Position numbers and translations under genes: made by a program. A stretch of 64,000 nt of DNA from the NCBI GenBank assembly GCA_002633005.1, contig NMRA01000110.1, forward strand, positions 622,448-686,447. The letters run 5' to 3'. The notes below the pieces were generated by a model. It made no database searches. It saw only the letters and a list, made by a program, of their open reading frames with translations, and was not told where the DNA came from. Below are positions 1 to 20,760 of the stretch, one piece after another. The first letter of the stretch is position 1, and each line of letters begins with the position of its first letter. Origin of the DNA: Phoronis australis (Eukaryota > Animalia > Phoronida).

Positions 1-729
1 TCTAGTGGCAATTTTAGTATTTTACATTGACCTCTGTATTTTCATAGGTCTTCAGGTGTATACTTTGTGTTACTTCGTGACTGTGAAGGAAAAGTTCCAA
101 GTAGAAATTTGTTTCTGGCATTCTAATGCTGTGCTAATCTCGTATGTTGGTAAATTTGTCTATGTTTCTGTGGTGCTTTAAACAACTGGTGTATAGGATG
201 TGCTTGTATTATAAAGATTACTCACATTTTGTCCCTAGCCTATTGAGGAGACAATGACCATGCCTTTCCATTTTGCAAAGTATGCCCTCTACTGGCCACT
301 TTATGGTACCAATAAACAACCCTAGAAGGATACCGTATGCGGTGCAATTGTGGGCGCATTTCAACGCTCCGCGTTGCTCTTGTAATTGTTAAAATCTTTT
401 ATCATAGAAACACGACGTGAGTGTGTATATGAAACGTGCCTAAAAGTCTTTCCCTGTGCCCTTTTCCCGGCAAGTTACGATTTGTTCACGTGCTTGGCGT
501 AATTGTGATATCTCGCGAAGACTTGCGTGATCCTACTTTTTCGTGAATTTCTCGCTTCTATGAAACGCAACCGGTCTAATCTAATCAGAATTTGTGATGA
601 GGTATCCGTTACATAAGTCTACTGACCCATTTTCGATAAACGGCGCGGCTAAGACGCGTTTTCGCAATAACGGCAGTAACCGAGCCTTCCAAACGTTGTC
701 ACCACACCACAGTTGGACAATAGAGCATT

Positions 730-5782
<5,053 letters not shown>

Positions 5783-7542
5783 CATGACAACAAACGATAG
5801 TTTCGGGTGATAAATATGAAACATAATTGTGTGCATTTGCTATGAATGCGTTCTTTATAACACCTACGTTTTATGAGATGTGCCTGTCAAGTTCAACCGA
5901 ATTGAATTAGCAGCTGGCGCGCAGCAGGCCATCACTGGTCTTATGAATTGTCTTTTGTGTTTTGGTGCCATGATGCGTGGTGATAGCTCTATTGTACACT
6001 GTTTGGATTGAGATTTTATGGCCATGATTGCTGGTCCTGATGATTATGTTTTAAACATTGAAACATGTTGAAGTTGAAAATTTTCGTTGTTTTTATTAAT
6101 ATTGTCATTCAACTTGTCTTTGTTGAGACCACTACGAAAAGTAAGTCAAAGTCGAATTTCATGGCCAGGTGCATGGGAACTTTTATAAAACACGTTGGTT
6201 TGTGACATTGGAAATGTCAAAAAAATTGTTGGTACTCGAAATATCAAGTTTCACTCGAGTTTGTGGCTTGATCGTTGTAGCGTACAGTCACACGCACATT
6301 AGATGTCTCTCTTGTTGTTGTTGTTGACCCAGCGGTTTACACGCGTATAATAATAATACCGTAACAGTGGCTCATAAAACTTTATTTATGATATGATACG
6401 AGTAATACTATGATTTACGATTCACGATACGATACGATACGATATGATACGGTTAAACCTGAAACAATTAATAAAGATAATACAATATCTAATACAAATT
6501 GAAGTACCAAATACATCATACTAAAATACAGAAAATTGCATATCTAATAATATTATATCAACTCACAATTTGGCAAACAATAGTCAGCAGAAACTATTTC
6601 TATTACAACGCTTTCTATGAGTTAATCAAATAATCAAAGAACTGAGAATAGTTGTTTCTTAAGTCAAAGTTTATAGTAAAACATCAAGAAACAAAGTTGT
6701 CTCTTACCAACGCTGGGTATCTGTGATATTTTTGAAGCAAGCAGCAGCCTCTCTCCAAGTAATATGAATTCTAGAGTAGCTAACAGAATATTTATACTGA
6801 ACACAAGAAAGGTGGGCGAGATGGTTCAAAACATGAAAACCCACAAACTTCCTCCAAAATGCTAAATCTATTTCCAAAACAATTCTCTGAACAAAGTCAC
6901 TGGTTCCAAAACAATTCTGTGAATCAATCTGCTGGACTCCAGCAATGAACCCAAGTCATTACCAATTATGGTGCAGGACAATCAAGAGTTGAGTAATTCC
7001 GATGGACAAATAACAGATTATTGTTGTTGTCGGAAACGCCTCATCCCAAAGCTGACAAGTTTTCAAAGACTAAGTTACACAACTTGCAAAACAAGGTACA
7101 ATTGTTATTATAAACATCCCACAACTGGTAACAGACATGTGGTGAATCACTTCCCATGAACTCCTAGGAGGTTACAAGTTTTGGTAAACAACCAATATGT
7201 TTAATTAATTATACACTAGTCACTAAAATTGCATAACATTGCTTTTAATTAGACTAATTATCTACAGCATCAAAAAATGTCACCAACAATCGTCTCTAGT
7301 AGAGGTCATCAACTGCGAACCGTTATGTAGTAAAGCTACCAACAATAGAATCTTATCCCGAGTAAAGCATGCCTGGAAATGGCAAAAATAATTTCGAGTT
7401 AGATTTCGATTACGTACATAAGTCCTCAGGTAGGTCTTGGGGATATATACTTTAGGGTTATTTAAAAACAATTATGTGACACCAAAATACCGATGGCACA
7501 AAAGAGCTATTAAAAAGCCTTTCAAGTTGGGTTACACGTGCA

Positions 7543-7605
7543 GATGGCTCAGTGGTGAAGTGGTGCCTTGGGAACAAGAAGGTCCCAGATGGTATTAAAT
7601 CACAA
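7543..7605 (+). mobile_element. Possible tRNA-derived SINE head (degenerate)
   Basis: A-box-like TGGCTCAGTGG followed by a tRNA-like spacer. The B box is degenerate. Confidence 0.3.
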
Positions 7606-8897
7606 GACATCTACCTCTTCACCATAACATCAAAGTATTCAGGGATATTCCTGGGCCGCGCCTTTGCAACATTAGTGCACAAAAAAATAAAAGGTGCTCG
7701 TGCATTGCAGCAGCGTGCGCCCCCCAAGAGTGCATCTTTTAAACCGCAACACTCTTCCAAAAATGTAAGATTATAATCAACTTGCAGCTAAGACTGCCTG
7801 CTTTTTGGTTTGGCATGTCAAATTTTACTGAACACGACTGTGTTCTGATTCCTCCACAGCTGAACAGTCTGCTTGAAGTCTTTGTCAGATTACCTTTTTG
7901 TATGGAATTTTTCAATAAAAACAGAACATTAACACGACTCTGTTCTTATTTCGATTGCCCTTGGGGTTTCTGCCTTGTTTCATATATGTTACCCTTTTAA
8001 TTACACTAAGTCTGCTGGGCGCAACTTTTTGAAAAAAGACACAGTTTTAACATCCGGTTAACCCAAATGACACAGGTTCAAACCCGGTCAGGAATATCCC
8101 TGAGTATTTGAAGGAATTTTAAACTTGCATTCCACAGTAGAGGTCAATATGAAGGTATGAGCGGCCATGGGCACAATCATGTTCAATGTTTGAACCGGTT
8201 GCAAAACAAAAGATGACTCAATGAGATGAAGGTGCAGGGATGTCTTGTAGTTTTATAGTTCTCAGTATTACAGCGGCATACCCAGTCAAACAAAAAATCA
8301 AATTGCAGTCCGTATTTGTACGTTAATATTCACATGTTTTTGAGGCATTCATGAATTGGCTTGATTCGGATAACTCTGTTTTAACTACGGGCTTACAGTA
8401 TCAATGCATAGTCCGGGCGCTAATGCTAAATATTCATCTGATATTTTAATATCATCAGTTTTACAGGTCAAAACCTGTAACGCAATAATTGAACCTGTCA
8501 GTTTCCTCATTACATCGCAGTGTCCACCTAGCGGCCGGGCAAACACAACCGTAGACGTCGCTAGCTACTGTGCTTGTTTTGTAAATCTTTAGCCTATTGA
8601 CTTTTAGGCTTATCGTTAACGTCGTCCTCGTGTTCCTGAGTCATGCACTAACACTGTAGACGTCACTTAATTTTGGGCACTAAGTATACATTACACGTGG
8701 ATTTCAGGCCAAATATTCACAGTTGGCCTATCTATTTACACAATCTGACCTGGTTTTGATCACGTGGTCTTTGTTGTCTCCGAAGTCCCATGACCCGTGT
8801 TTTGAAAAACTCGCAGTAGTAGCACGTCGTGATTTCGCCTGAATTTCAAGCGTTCACTGGGAGTCTTAGTAACAAAAAACATATGTCTGAGGAAAGA

Positions 8898-11791
<2,894 letters not shown>

Positions 11792-12949
11792 CGCACGATG
11801 ATAAATTTAGTTTAAAAAACAGTGCAGTAATATGTGTCTGGTCAAGTGATACTAAATAATTATATCAAAATTTGTGACAAAATAAAACATTTGGATACTG
11901 TGTTAGTCTTATGATGAAGAGTAGAATCCAAATTACTTTCATTGGAATAAGTGAACATATTTGTGCATTCATTCATTAGCTCCTCAATATTGCCACTTTT
12001 CACGCGACCACAAGCTTTCTGGCTCAGAGCACAAGCAACATCACAACCCAATATGCAGCAAATTAGCTAACATACACCTCATACAAAAAGGTCATGTGAT
12101 TAAAGTAAAGACCTTCAAATCGATGTAGAAAGTTCATTCAGCTCTCCGGCTACAGTATGGACCGTAACGCAACAGGACTGTGCGGGGCTCGCACAGAACA
12201 CTTCAGCAGTACACTGATCAGGGCTGGGTTACATAAAACTTCAAAATTATTCGCTGGATAAATGTTTGATTGTTGCATGACGTCAGGTGCATTGTTCAAC
12301 AATAACAACGTGACGCGTGATAATGCGACGTCATTGTTGCTATATGGCGTATAACTTTTATGCAACTGGGCCCAGTTACTTTTTCATTGAATTCTGCCAG
12401 ATGTCTTGCGTCGGCAACACACAGTTCAAAAGAACTGTTTTCCAGCGCACAAAGGAGAATGATGAATCATTCCGTTAAGTGCCCATCACAAGATGTGAAA
12501 CAGTGCGAATATATCACGTGTCCCAACAATGAGCGTCTTTTTGAGAAATAATTTCTTGGCTGCAGATAAATCGATTTTTCAAATTTCTTACCGATGAACC
12601 TCAGAATATCATCAACAATTGTACAACATATGAACCTTAGGATATTGTCAACAATTGTACAACATATGGAAGAGATCTGTGTCCAATTGTGCGAGAACTA
12701 TCGAATTAAAAACAGCAGGTCTAAACGAATTGTCAAAGGGAAGTAGGCTTATTTCATTCTATGCTCAACTTCAGTGTGGCCTCCATCTTCCTCCACAACT
12801 ACAAGTAATCAGAAATGCTTTTCGGTATTTGGCGTCCATCGAGATTTCCTCCATGGCAATTACCTTTTCTTTAAACTCCTGCTCAGTCAATTTGCCTCGC
12901 ATTCCGCGGCAAGCTGATACTTGGGAGTTGACCAGTTGGAAGATTGGCC

Positions 12950-14140
12950 TTTCAAATAAAAACAGAAACTTTAAAATCGAAGACAAGTTTTTCAACCGAA
13001 AAAACCCGTGTTTTTGTGGGGCCAAAATTTTTCTGTCTCCAATTTCAAAAATTCTTTTTCAGATTGACGCAGAATGTTGACAAACCGCTAAAGCCCACCA
13101 AGTTTGAGTTCGATCGGATCCTTGATAAGGTCACGCGGCAAGATCAAAGTTGAAAAACGTCATCCTCAGACCTTTTCCTGCTTGAAAAAGTTTTGACCCC
13201 GATTTCAAAACTTCTTTCATTGTTGGATAGACCTCTACTTACTCACTCCATAAACATAAGTCGCCATTTCTGGTGCGCCCTTATAAGGTCATAGCTGGGG
13301 ATCAAAGTTGAAAGATTGGGGTGAGTCTGGGACTTTGACCTCAAAGTTCGACCTCGAATGAGAGATGGACCTACAAAGACGCGTTTAAAAACTTGTACTT
13401 TACCATGCTTCAAAATGTCACGGTTCGGTAGACTTCAGGTCATTGGTCATGAAGATACAATTTCCCAAACTATGGCTAATTTTGACACAACTTTTCTGAT
13501 ATTTTGAAGTGGGAAGGTCCATTTGGGGCCTCACCTGGGCCCTTACTAAGGCCGGAAAACGTACGATAATTACATTTCTAGAGAGGAGAGACAAGGGGCT
13601 CTCAGATGCACAAATTAAGAATTTTTTGAAATAGAAAACAAAATAACGGGACCCAAAAAGGACCATTGGTTGGGTCACCTTAGTGGGTAATATTGACCTT
13701 ATATAGTGGGCCGATCAAGCTGAAACATGGAGGATGACCAATTGAAAGAACGGCCGTTTAAACAAATACAGAAACTTTAAAATCAAAGAAAAAAGATTTT
13801 CGACCGAAAAAAACATGGTTTTTTGGGGGCCGAAATTTTTTTCATCTCCAATTCCAAAAATTCTTTTTCATATTGACATAGAATGTTGAGAAACTTAAGT
13901 CCACCAAGTTTGAGTTCGTTGAGATCATTAACCCTTATCCGGCGCTAGGCGTGGTCAGCCGCGGAAAGATTAAAGATGAAAAACGTCATTTTTAGACCTT
14001 TTCGCGCAAAAAAATTTGAATCCCGATTTCACAGCTTCTTTGAGAGTTGAATAGAATCTTTACTTACTGACTCGAAAAACTTAAGTCGCCATTTATGGTG
14101 AGCCCTAATGAAGTCACAACTGGGTATCAAATTTGGTAAA
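12950..14140. repeat. Diverged direct repeat of ~370 bp (about 12950-13315 and 13765-14140), period ~810 bp
   Basis: Both copies start acagaaactttaaaatc...ccgaaaaaa...ggggcc(a/g)aaattttt...ctccaatt...ccaccaagtttgagttcg...aagtcgccattt. Probably a large satellite or TE fragment. Confidence 0.7.
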
Positions 14141-14532
14141 TTGGGGGAGTCTGCACCTAGAACATTTTGAGAATTAGCTGCAATCTACGCATTAACTTGG
14201 TAAAAAGTGTAATGTTTTATTTGTTGATCAATTACGAAGTTTGGTTGTAAGTGAAAGTTGATCTAAATCCAGCATTTATTAAGAAGTTTATAAACTTATA
14301 AGTAATGATTTTCTAAAACCGCTCTGAGGTGGTGTCGCGTTACAACTATTATTAAAATCTCTAGGTCTATTTACAGCGACCACTTGTCTATTTACATATT
14401 TGTCACTACGTTTCAGTCGGTCTATTCTTCGACCACCGTCAGGTGTTCCTGCGTTCTTAGAAGAACGAGCACGGATATGTGGCACGAATTTGTGACACAC
14501 TCATCCTGGTGTTATTTTTTTGACTATTCTAT

Positions 14533-14615
14533 TGTCCGAGGAAGGATTTGAACCGACGACTTCTGTAACTACAGATATTTTGAGTCCACCACCTTAACCA
14601 CTACACCATGGAGTC
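14533..14615 (-). pseudogene. tRNA-like sequence (Leu-CAA-like pseudogene or SINE head)
   Basis: Minus strand GACTCCATGGTGTAGTGGTTAAGGTGGTGGACTCAAAATATCTGTAGTTACAGAAGTCGTCGGTTCAAATCCTTCCTCGGACA. A box, B box (GGTTCAAATCC) and a long variable-arm hairpin are present, but acceptor and anticodon stems pair poorly. Confidence 0.55.
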
Positions 14616-15694
14616 ATCCATTTATTTAGAGGGAATTTAATTATACATTGAGCCAAGTATCACTTGGCTGTTTGCTTGGCTTACTGAAAACATTGCCTTG
14701 TACCTTCTCTGGCTCCCCTGACCACACCCAGTAGAGCAAACCTGTCAGACGGCCATTTCCAAGAATGAGGATACACATATACCACTGTGGTACCAAGGAA
14801 ACTGGCCACCTTTTCATGCCCAAAAAAGCTCTGGGATTTCGGTCTAAAATAACTTAAACTTATAGAAACTCGTATGCGTAAACTATTATGTATCCGAGCA
14901 CAGTCTAATAACCAATTATCTTGAGTTCGCTCTAAAGTAGCAGAGAAATTCCCAAAAAAAGATTTCGAGTTCGTTTCTAGAACAACGATTACATTCTGGG
15001 CCCAGACCTTCTAGTCCGAATAAAGACGTAATGTCGAAAAAAAAAAGAAATTGAAGAAATTGGGACAACTTTCGTTAAGAGAATTAAACTTATGTTATAA
15101 GAACTGTGATCATGAGAAAAAAATAAATGTCTGAGGTTTTGGAAATAACGTATAACTGTTGATTCCCAAAGAAATATGTGTTTTGACTAGGTCTGAAATG
15201 TTGACACTTTTATAGCATAAAGCATTAACGTTTGTGAATTAGTATCGCCGGGTATGTAAATCAGGGTATTGAATGAGCAGTCAATTGCAAGTCACATATC
15301 ATATGAGAATGAAATCGTAATTATCATCAAGATATAACACAAATCCGAAATCGTACAGAATGCCACAAACAGTCATGAAGATGTTAAATCTCATGAGTCA
15401 ATAATGCCACGGGTAATAAAAATAATTTTTCAAATAATCAAACGCAATAACGATAAAAATGCCCATAAAATGGACTACTTTAAAGAAGACATTAAATCAG
15501 GGTTTGAACAAGTAGTCCATTGCTAACTCACATATCACATGATTACAAAAATGGCTAAGTACGCATGCGTAGATTCCAGAAACACTGATTGAGATAATTA
15601 ATCTCGTGAAACAAAGATTTTTAAAATAATCATATGCGCCAACCATAAAACCACCCGTAAAACAGCCGTGGATTAGCGCATTAAGCGAGTAATG

Positions 15695-17830
15695 TTACGC
15701 TAACTCAACTCTCCCCGTTTTGATGTAAGCTGATGCTGTACCAGCACAAATGTGACTTTTGCATTTGGATATGTTAGAACAGTGTTGCACCCTATCAAGA
15801 GCTGTGAAATAGTATTGCAGTGATCGACTGGACTCGCCTATTTTGCAGTTCTGCAACCATTTTGAATTTATACACAATACGATCTTGAAAAAGACGCTTA
15901 GCAAAAGCACGTGGCTTAAACTCTTACTCTATCGAGTCTGGTTGACAATCCTTTTCAGCACAAAAAAATTTGGAAGTATGATGGAACCACAGGCGCTTGG
16001 GTTTATCTGTTCCTCGATCGCAAATGACGTCACTCAATAATACATGTTTTCTTATATATATATTATTGAGTGACGTCATTTGCGATCGAGGAACAGATAA
16101 ACCAAGCGCCTGTGAATGGAACAAGCTATTGTATTTGTCCGTTATGACTTCGGAGCGGGTGTCGCAGTATTTATATGATTTGTTGAATTTACTGCCAAGT
16201 TCAGTGACTCCAGTTGATATTTTAAAGAACAATTGAACTCGTGTTCCAAATCACAAAAGATTGCGATTTTCTCTGCCGTTTCTAAGTTCAATTAGAAAAT
16301 ACATGTAGCTAGTCTTATTATGCAAAATGCAACCAAAATACATCATTGCTTTGTCGAGGTCTTCTGGTAAAAAGTGAAGGAGCATTGACAGGACTAAAGC
16401 TAGATCGGCCGCTTGTGTCAAATAACAATATGATGGAAATATGCTAAGTTTTTTTCCTAACAGTTCTTTAAATTTTCTTTCATCGCGCGGTGATGGCAAT
16501 TCATGGAGGTTTCACTCAATATGAAAAATTATAGCAAAATATTTTTCATATACTTGCCAAATCTTTGAATGAAGATCCATACTAAGCTCGTGATAACCCA
16601 AGGAAAAACTTATCATCTTCATAAAAGACAAAGAGGACATAATATACGGATCAGTGGCGTCATAGAAAATTTGTTTTTCTTGATAGTAAAAGCTTCCACA
16701 GAACACCCCACAATACCGAGGCTCTTTTGTTTTGGCGGCCCACATGTTGTCAAGATGTCGGACAAACTTGTTAAGAGCATTTTCCAACGATAGCACTTAC
16801 AATCTCTATTATACCTTCTAGCTATAGAAACTCTGTGCAGTAAAATTGGGATTACCAATTTGAAATTTGTGCAGAATGTAGTTGACGAAAGGGATCACTG
16901 TAGAGAAATATCTAGAGCACCAATTTGCTTTCTTGAACGAAAAATACATGTTTATGACGAGCCCAGACGCCCTGTGGTTGCACGCTCATGAATTCATTTT
17001 GCCGCGACTTGTTGTTGTACAATGTACATCACAAGTGTGTTACTATGGATGTTGCAACTTCTAGCTTGCGTCCTGATTGCTCTGCAATAATTCCCTCTCT
17101 GACCATTTCATCAAAAATGTCCCACGGAGTACTGGTGTTCAGAGAATGAATTTTAAACAAACTGATTACGAGGCTGGGTAACCTGAACATCCCTTCTTTA
17201 ATGTCGAAGACATCCCCATCACGAACAAAACTCAGGTGTGGTAAGTATCTTCTCACCATGTCCGCCATGTCATTGTGCTCCTGCAGGTCTCGTCAAATTC
17301 CGTCAAATTTCGTCTGTAAGAGTAAAACCCTTCAATCAGTCTATCCGCCTCTTTGGTTCCGCCAATTTTGACTACATATGCTAATATGCGATCACTATCA
17401 TAACCTTCCTTCAGAGCTGTATCGCATTCCCAAAGCTGCGCTATACGTTGAGGTGTTCTGATATTAACTCTATTACTTTCCTCGTTGGTCTATCAGGACG
17501 ACCAAGCGGTGTGTGGCAGGCAGATGTCGCTGCGCTGACGAACTGGAAACCGCGGGGAGTCACTATGTCTTCGAACCAGTTTCCTCTAGGTTTGTCGTTG
17601 GCGTTCAGTGATTTAATTTGTATCGATTTCAAAACAGTTTCTATTAAATTATAACAAATAAATCGGCCATTCCCACCAAATTCCTAAAAATATTCAATAT
17701 TGCTTTCATCTTCAACAAGAATGCACCACTCAATGTCGGAATACGTTGTCGTTTCCCTTCTAGCCAGAGAACCTAACCCTAAAACTGCAAACTCCAATCC
17801 ACCTCCAGCCTTCCCCCATTGGGGGTGCAT
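15695..17830 (-). pseudogene. Decayed gene of an animal Pol-beta-type (GlnD/DUF294-like) nucleotidyltransferase + helical substrate-binding domain family
   Basis: Frameshifted minus-strand segments: EFAVLGLGSLARRETTTYSDIEWCILVEDESNIEYF / RNLVG / ETVLKSIQIKSLN...WFEDIVTPRGFQF...ACHTPLGR...ELI / VFDIKEGMFRLPSLVISLFKIHSLNTSTPWDIFDEMVREGII...THL*..LYNNKSRQNE. GS..SDxE is the Pol-beta NTase motif. Multiple stops and frameshifts, a MITE insertion, and no introns evident. Confidence 0.8.
15988..16114. mobile_element. 127-bp hairpin MITE with ~54-bp TIRs and 7-8-bp TSD
   Basis: cacaggcgcttgg(g)tttatctgttcctcgatcgcaaatgacgtcactcaataata and its reverse complement, flanked by gatggaac (15980-15987) and aatggaac (16115-16122). 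Confidence 0.85.
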
Positions 17831-17941
17831 CATAGCTGGCTGGTCCTCTTAATTCAATGGTGCACACTCCATGATCCGTTAAAGATAAGATATAGATGGA
17901 CAATAACAACCACATTTGTTGCAACTACAGGTACCACTAGC

Positions 17942-18260
17942 CAGTGGCAGATTGGGGGGGGGGGGGNNNNNNNNNNNNNNNNNNNNNNNNNNNNNNNNNN
18001 NNNNNNNNNNNNNNNNNNNNNNNNNNNNNNNNNNNNNNNNNNNNNNNNNNNNNNNNNNNNNNNNNNNNNGGGACGGAATGCACAATGCATAGCTTTGAAC
18101 AAACCGCGTTTCACGTTTTTTGTTAGTAATAAGGTCCACAAACCCAAAAGTTCAAGACCCCCTACATCCGTACATTTTAGGCTGGGTGCGTGCATGTGGC
18201 GAAATTCTGGTCATTCCTGTGTCCTGACACCCCTGACTCAAAATCCTGGATCCGCCCCTG
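17942..18260. mobile_element. MITE, CAGTGGCGGAT family, 5-bp TSD (ctagc); spans the N gap
   Basis: CAGTGGCAGAT...GGATCCGCCCCTG with ctagc at 17937-17941 and 18261-18265. Confidence 0.8.
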
Positions 18261-18274
18261 CTAGCTACGATGAT

Positions 18275-18430
18275 AACTAAGTCAGTAACAAATTAAAATT
18301 TGCTTCCGATTCAAAGCGCTTCACGTAATCAGCGTGCCGTTCCCTGACAACTTCGCCCGAGTGGTGACACGATCTTGCGGACGAGTAGAGGAGGCTTTGT
18401 ATTATTTATTGGCATTGAACGCTGCAGTGT
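18275..18430 (-). mobile_element. SINE/LINE 3' tail fragment
   Basis: Reverse complement matches 45230-45380 (aaagcctcctcta...caccactcgggcgaagttg...tgattacgtgaagcgctttgaat.ggaagcaaatt). Confidence 0.6.
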
Positions 18431-19385
18431 CTACACCGTAGGATAGTAAGAGAGTCTAAAATTGAATGTCTATACCTAGCTAAGCTATATAGCAGCGAGA
18501 GCTCCCAAAATGTAGTGCGTTGTGAATGTCTTAAAATCGACCGAGAAACAGCAGCAAATAGCTATAGCATATATTATCTATTATTTTGGTACTTGTTACG
18601 GTAAAGTGCGGCATTTTCAAATTTCGAATTGACAGTGATCGTCAAATATGTTGTTCATCGGGTGTCCACTTTGACTGTGGAATAGTGGATTGACATGCAT
18701 GCATGTACACATGTGTGCGTTTATCTTCTTTTCAATTCAGTACACGTCGATGATAAGTTCAGTACACATAGAGGAACTCTTCAGTCCTCGCTCAAACATC
18801 AGACATTTCACTACCGTATTTTCTTGAACTGAGAAAACTCCGACGAGCATGTTCACATTATTAGGAAAAGTAGATCTAGCCCTAAAAAACGTTGATCAAT
18901 GGAGAAAGTCTTTTTTGTCAATCAGTCATGATGCACATCCTTGCAGACGTGATGGAAAAGATTTCCAACGTTACATATCACTATTCCGAAGGTTCATTAA
19001 CCTTAAGGTCCGCTACTCTGAAGATACACTATAACTCTGAATTTTCACTACCTTTGAAAGTTCACTATTTCGAAAGTCCACAATTCGGAAACCAGAACTC
19101 CGACAATTCATTACTCTAATTGTAAGCTAATAAGCCTGAGCTGACATGAATACAATATTGTATTTGTGTCGATTTAGTAACCATTTAAAGTGAGTGTAGG
19201 AGTTAAATACTTTAGTCTTAAAACATTGATTGCAATTTTTACAAATGAGTCCAGATACAATTATCATCAATCGTGATTCTTGAATCTGACTAAGATCAGG
19301 ACTGCGGCGATCAAAGGCGGTTTTCAATTTGAAGAAGACTGAAAGGGACTTCATGAAGACTGGCAAGGACAGGGTAGCCTACTAA

Positions 19386-20760
19386 CTACTCTGATTTAGT
19401 TTCGACCTGTCCGTGCGCGTGGTTCCGACGGGTGAGCCTGAGGCGCAGCGGCCATAAATTTTCCAGTCGCGCTGTGAAATTATGTGACATTGGCATGGAT
19501 TTGATGAATGTATCATGATTGATAATCCATCAATATTCCTACTTCGCATTCTTTTAGAACTGCAAGTACATACTTATGTACTCATTTTTCCGTGTTCGCA
19601 AGGCCTTCGGGCAATTTCGCATGCGCATGATAGCCACACAAAATGTTTTAGTGCCAGAGCGTTCTTTTTCGGTATAGGTATACAACTCAGTGCATTTGAT
19701 AACTGACCAATCGTTTATTTTTGCATTTAAAAGTATAACAATTACACCCGAGTCCGAAATTTTATATATTTTCGAAGTAGTAAACCTTTAAAGTAGTGAA
19801 CCTTTGAAGTTGTGAACCTTCGCAATAGTGAACCATAGGAATATTGAACCTTCAGAATAGTTGATTGTTCCCATTTCCAGCGATGTAAGCAACTTAAGCA
19901 ACACTCAAATCTACAACCAGATAAAAAATTTCGTCCAGTCACTCTGCAACTAAATACTTTAGTCCGAGAATGTAATGAGGCGTAACCACTCATTTAAGCA
20001 CGCCTGATTTGAAAATTTTTCAGGAGGTAACGTGAGAACGTTTTCTTTCTGGACCACATTTTATCCGAATTTGTGTCCCTTTCTTTGGGAGCAACCGTCA
20101 CGGCATCTTTAATTCTGGTATTACGAATTCCATCTCATCTCAGGAACATAGAGGTGAGACATTTTGTTGTGTATACAGATTTCTTTTCACCCTAATTAAG
20201 CTGTGTCCATTGCCTAACCGAAAACTCTACAGTGTCGACGTTTGCAAAATATCAAAATGTCCACCGTTCCAGAAATTCGAACCATCCCCCCAGGAAATGG
20301 CTGGCTACGGGCCTGATCACTCATCCGAAATACCTCAGGTTTTTTCTTAGTCTCAAATTTTTGTGCATGTTAGAATTTCAATCATACTGCAAATAATGAG
20401 ACTGAAAAACAGGTGACTGAATTTCTACATAGCGTGGGTCTCAGATGGTATTTGTTGGTCCCAGGAAGCTGGAATTTAGTTTTGAGACCCTGGAATAGGA
20501 ACACTACACGTTTAACATTTCAAATTAAAGCTATTTTTCTTACGTAAGAAAACGATGTTTTCAGACATTTCCTTCTCCACTCATACAATTCGTTTTCTTA
20601 TCTTCTTTGAAATTATCAGCAACTCATTACCTGTAGCTTCTTCTTGAGATGGAGGTGAGAAAGTTGTAGATGATGTCACCACGGCAGCGACATAACAACA
20701 AGCCAGGGAAAGGTACATACAGCAGCGAGCGCTCGTTTGCCAAATATTCAGCGAAAACAT
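19386..20760 (-). CDS. Candidate small secreted protein; coding exon 20760-20631, tentative last exon 19471-19386
   Basis: MFSLNIWQTSARCCMYLSLACCYVAAVVTSSTTFSPPSQEEAT ends at a G|gtaatg donor, with an upstream acceptor ttttgtctttgcag near 20895. A phase-compatible acceptor (atttcacag) adds ARLENLWPLRLRLTRRNHAHGQVETKSE*. No homology recognised. Confidence 0.3.
19745..20042 (-). repeat. Dispersed repeat homologous to 43320-43520, with ctattctgaaggttca subrepeats (also 18980-19085)
   Basis: Reverse complement aligns by eye with gaacgttctcacgttacc...gcgtgcttaaat...ttttatctgg...tcgctg.aaatgg...ctattctgagggttca at 43320-43520. Confidence 0.65.

Noticed and set aside
14533-14615. Functional tRNA-Leu(CAA) gene
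   Set aside because: Acceptor and anticodon stems do not pair properly, so it is kept only as a pseudogene or SINE head.
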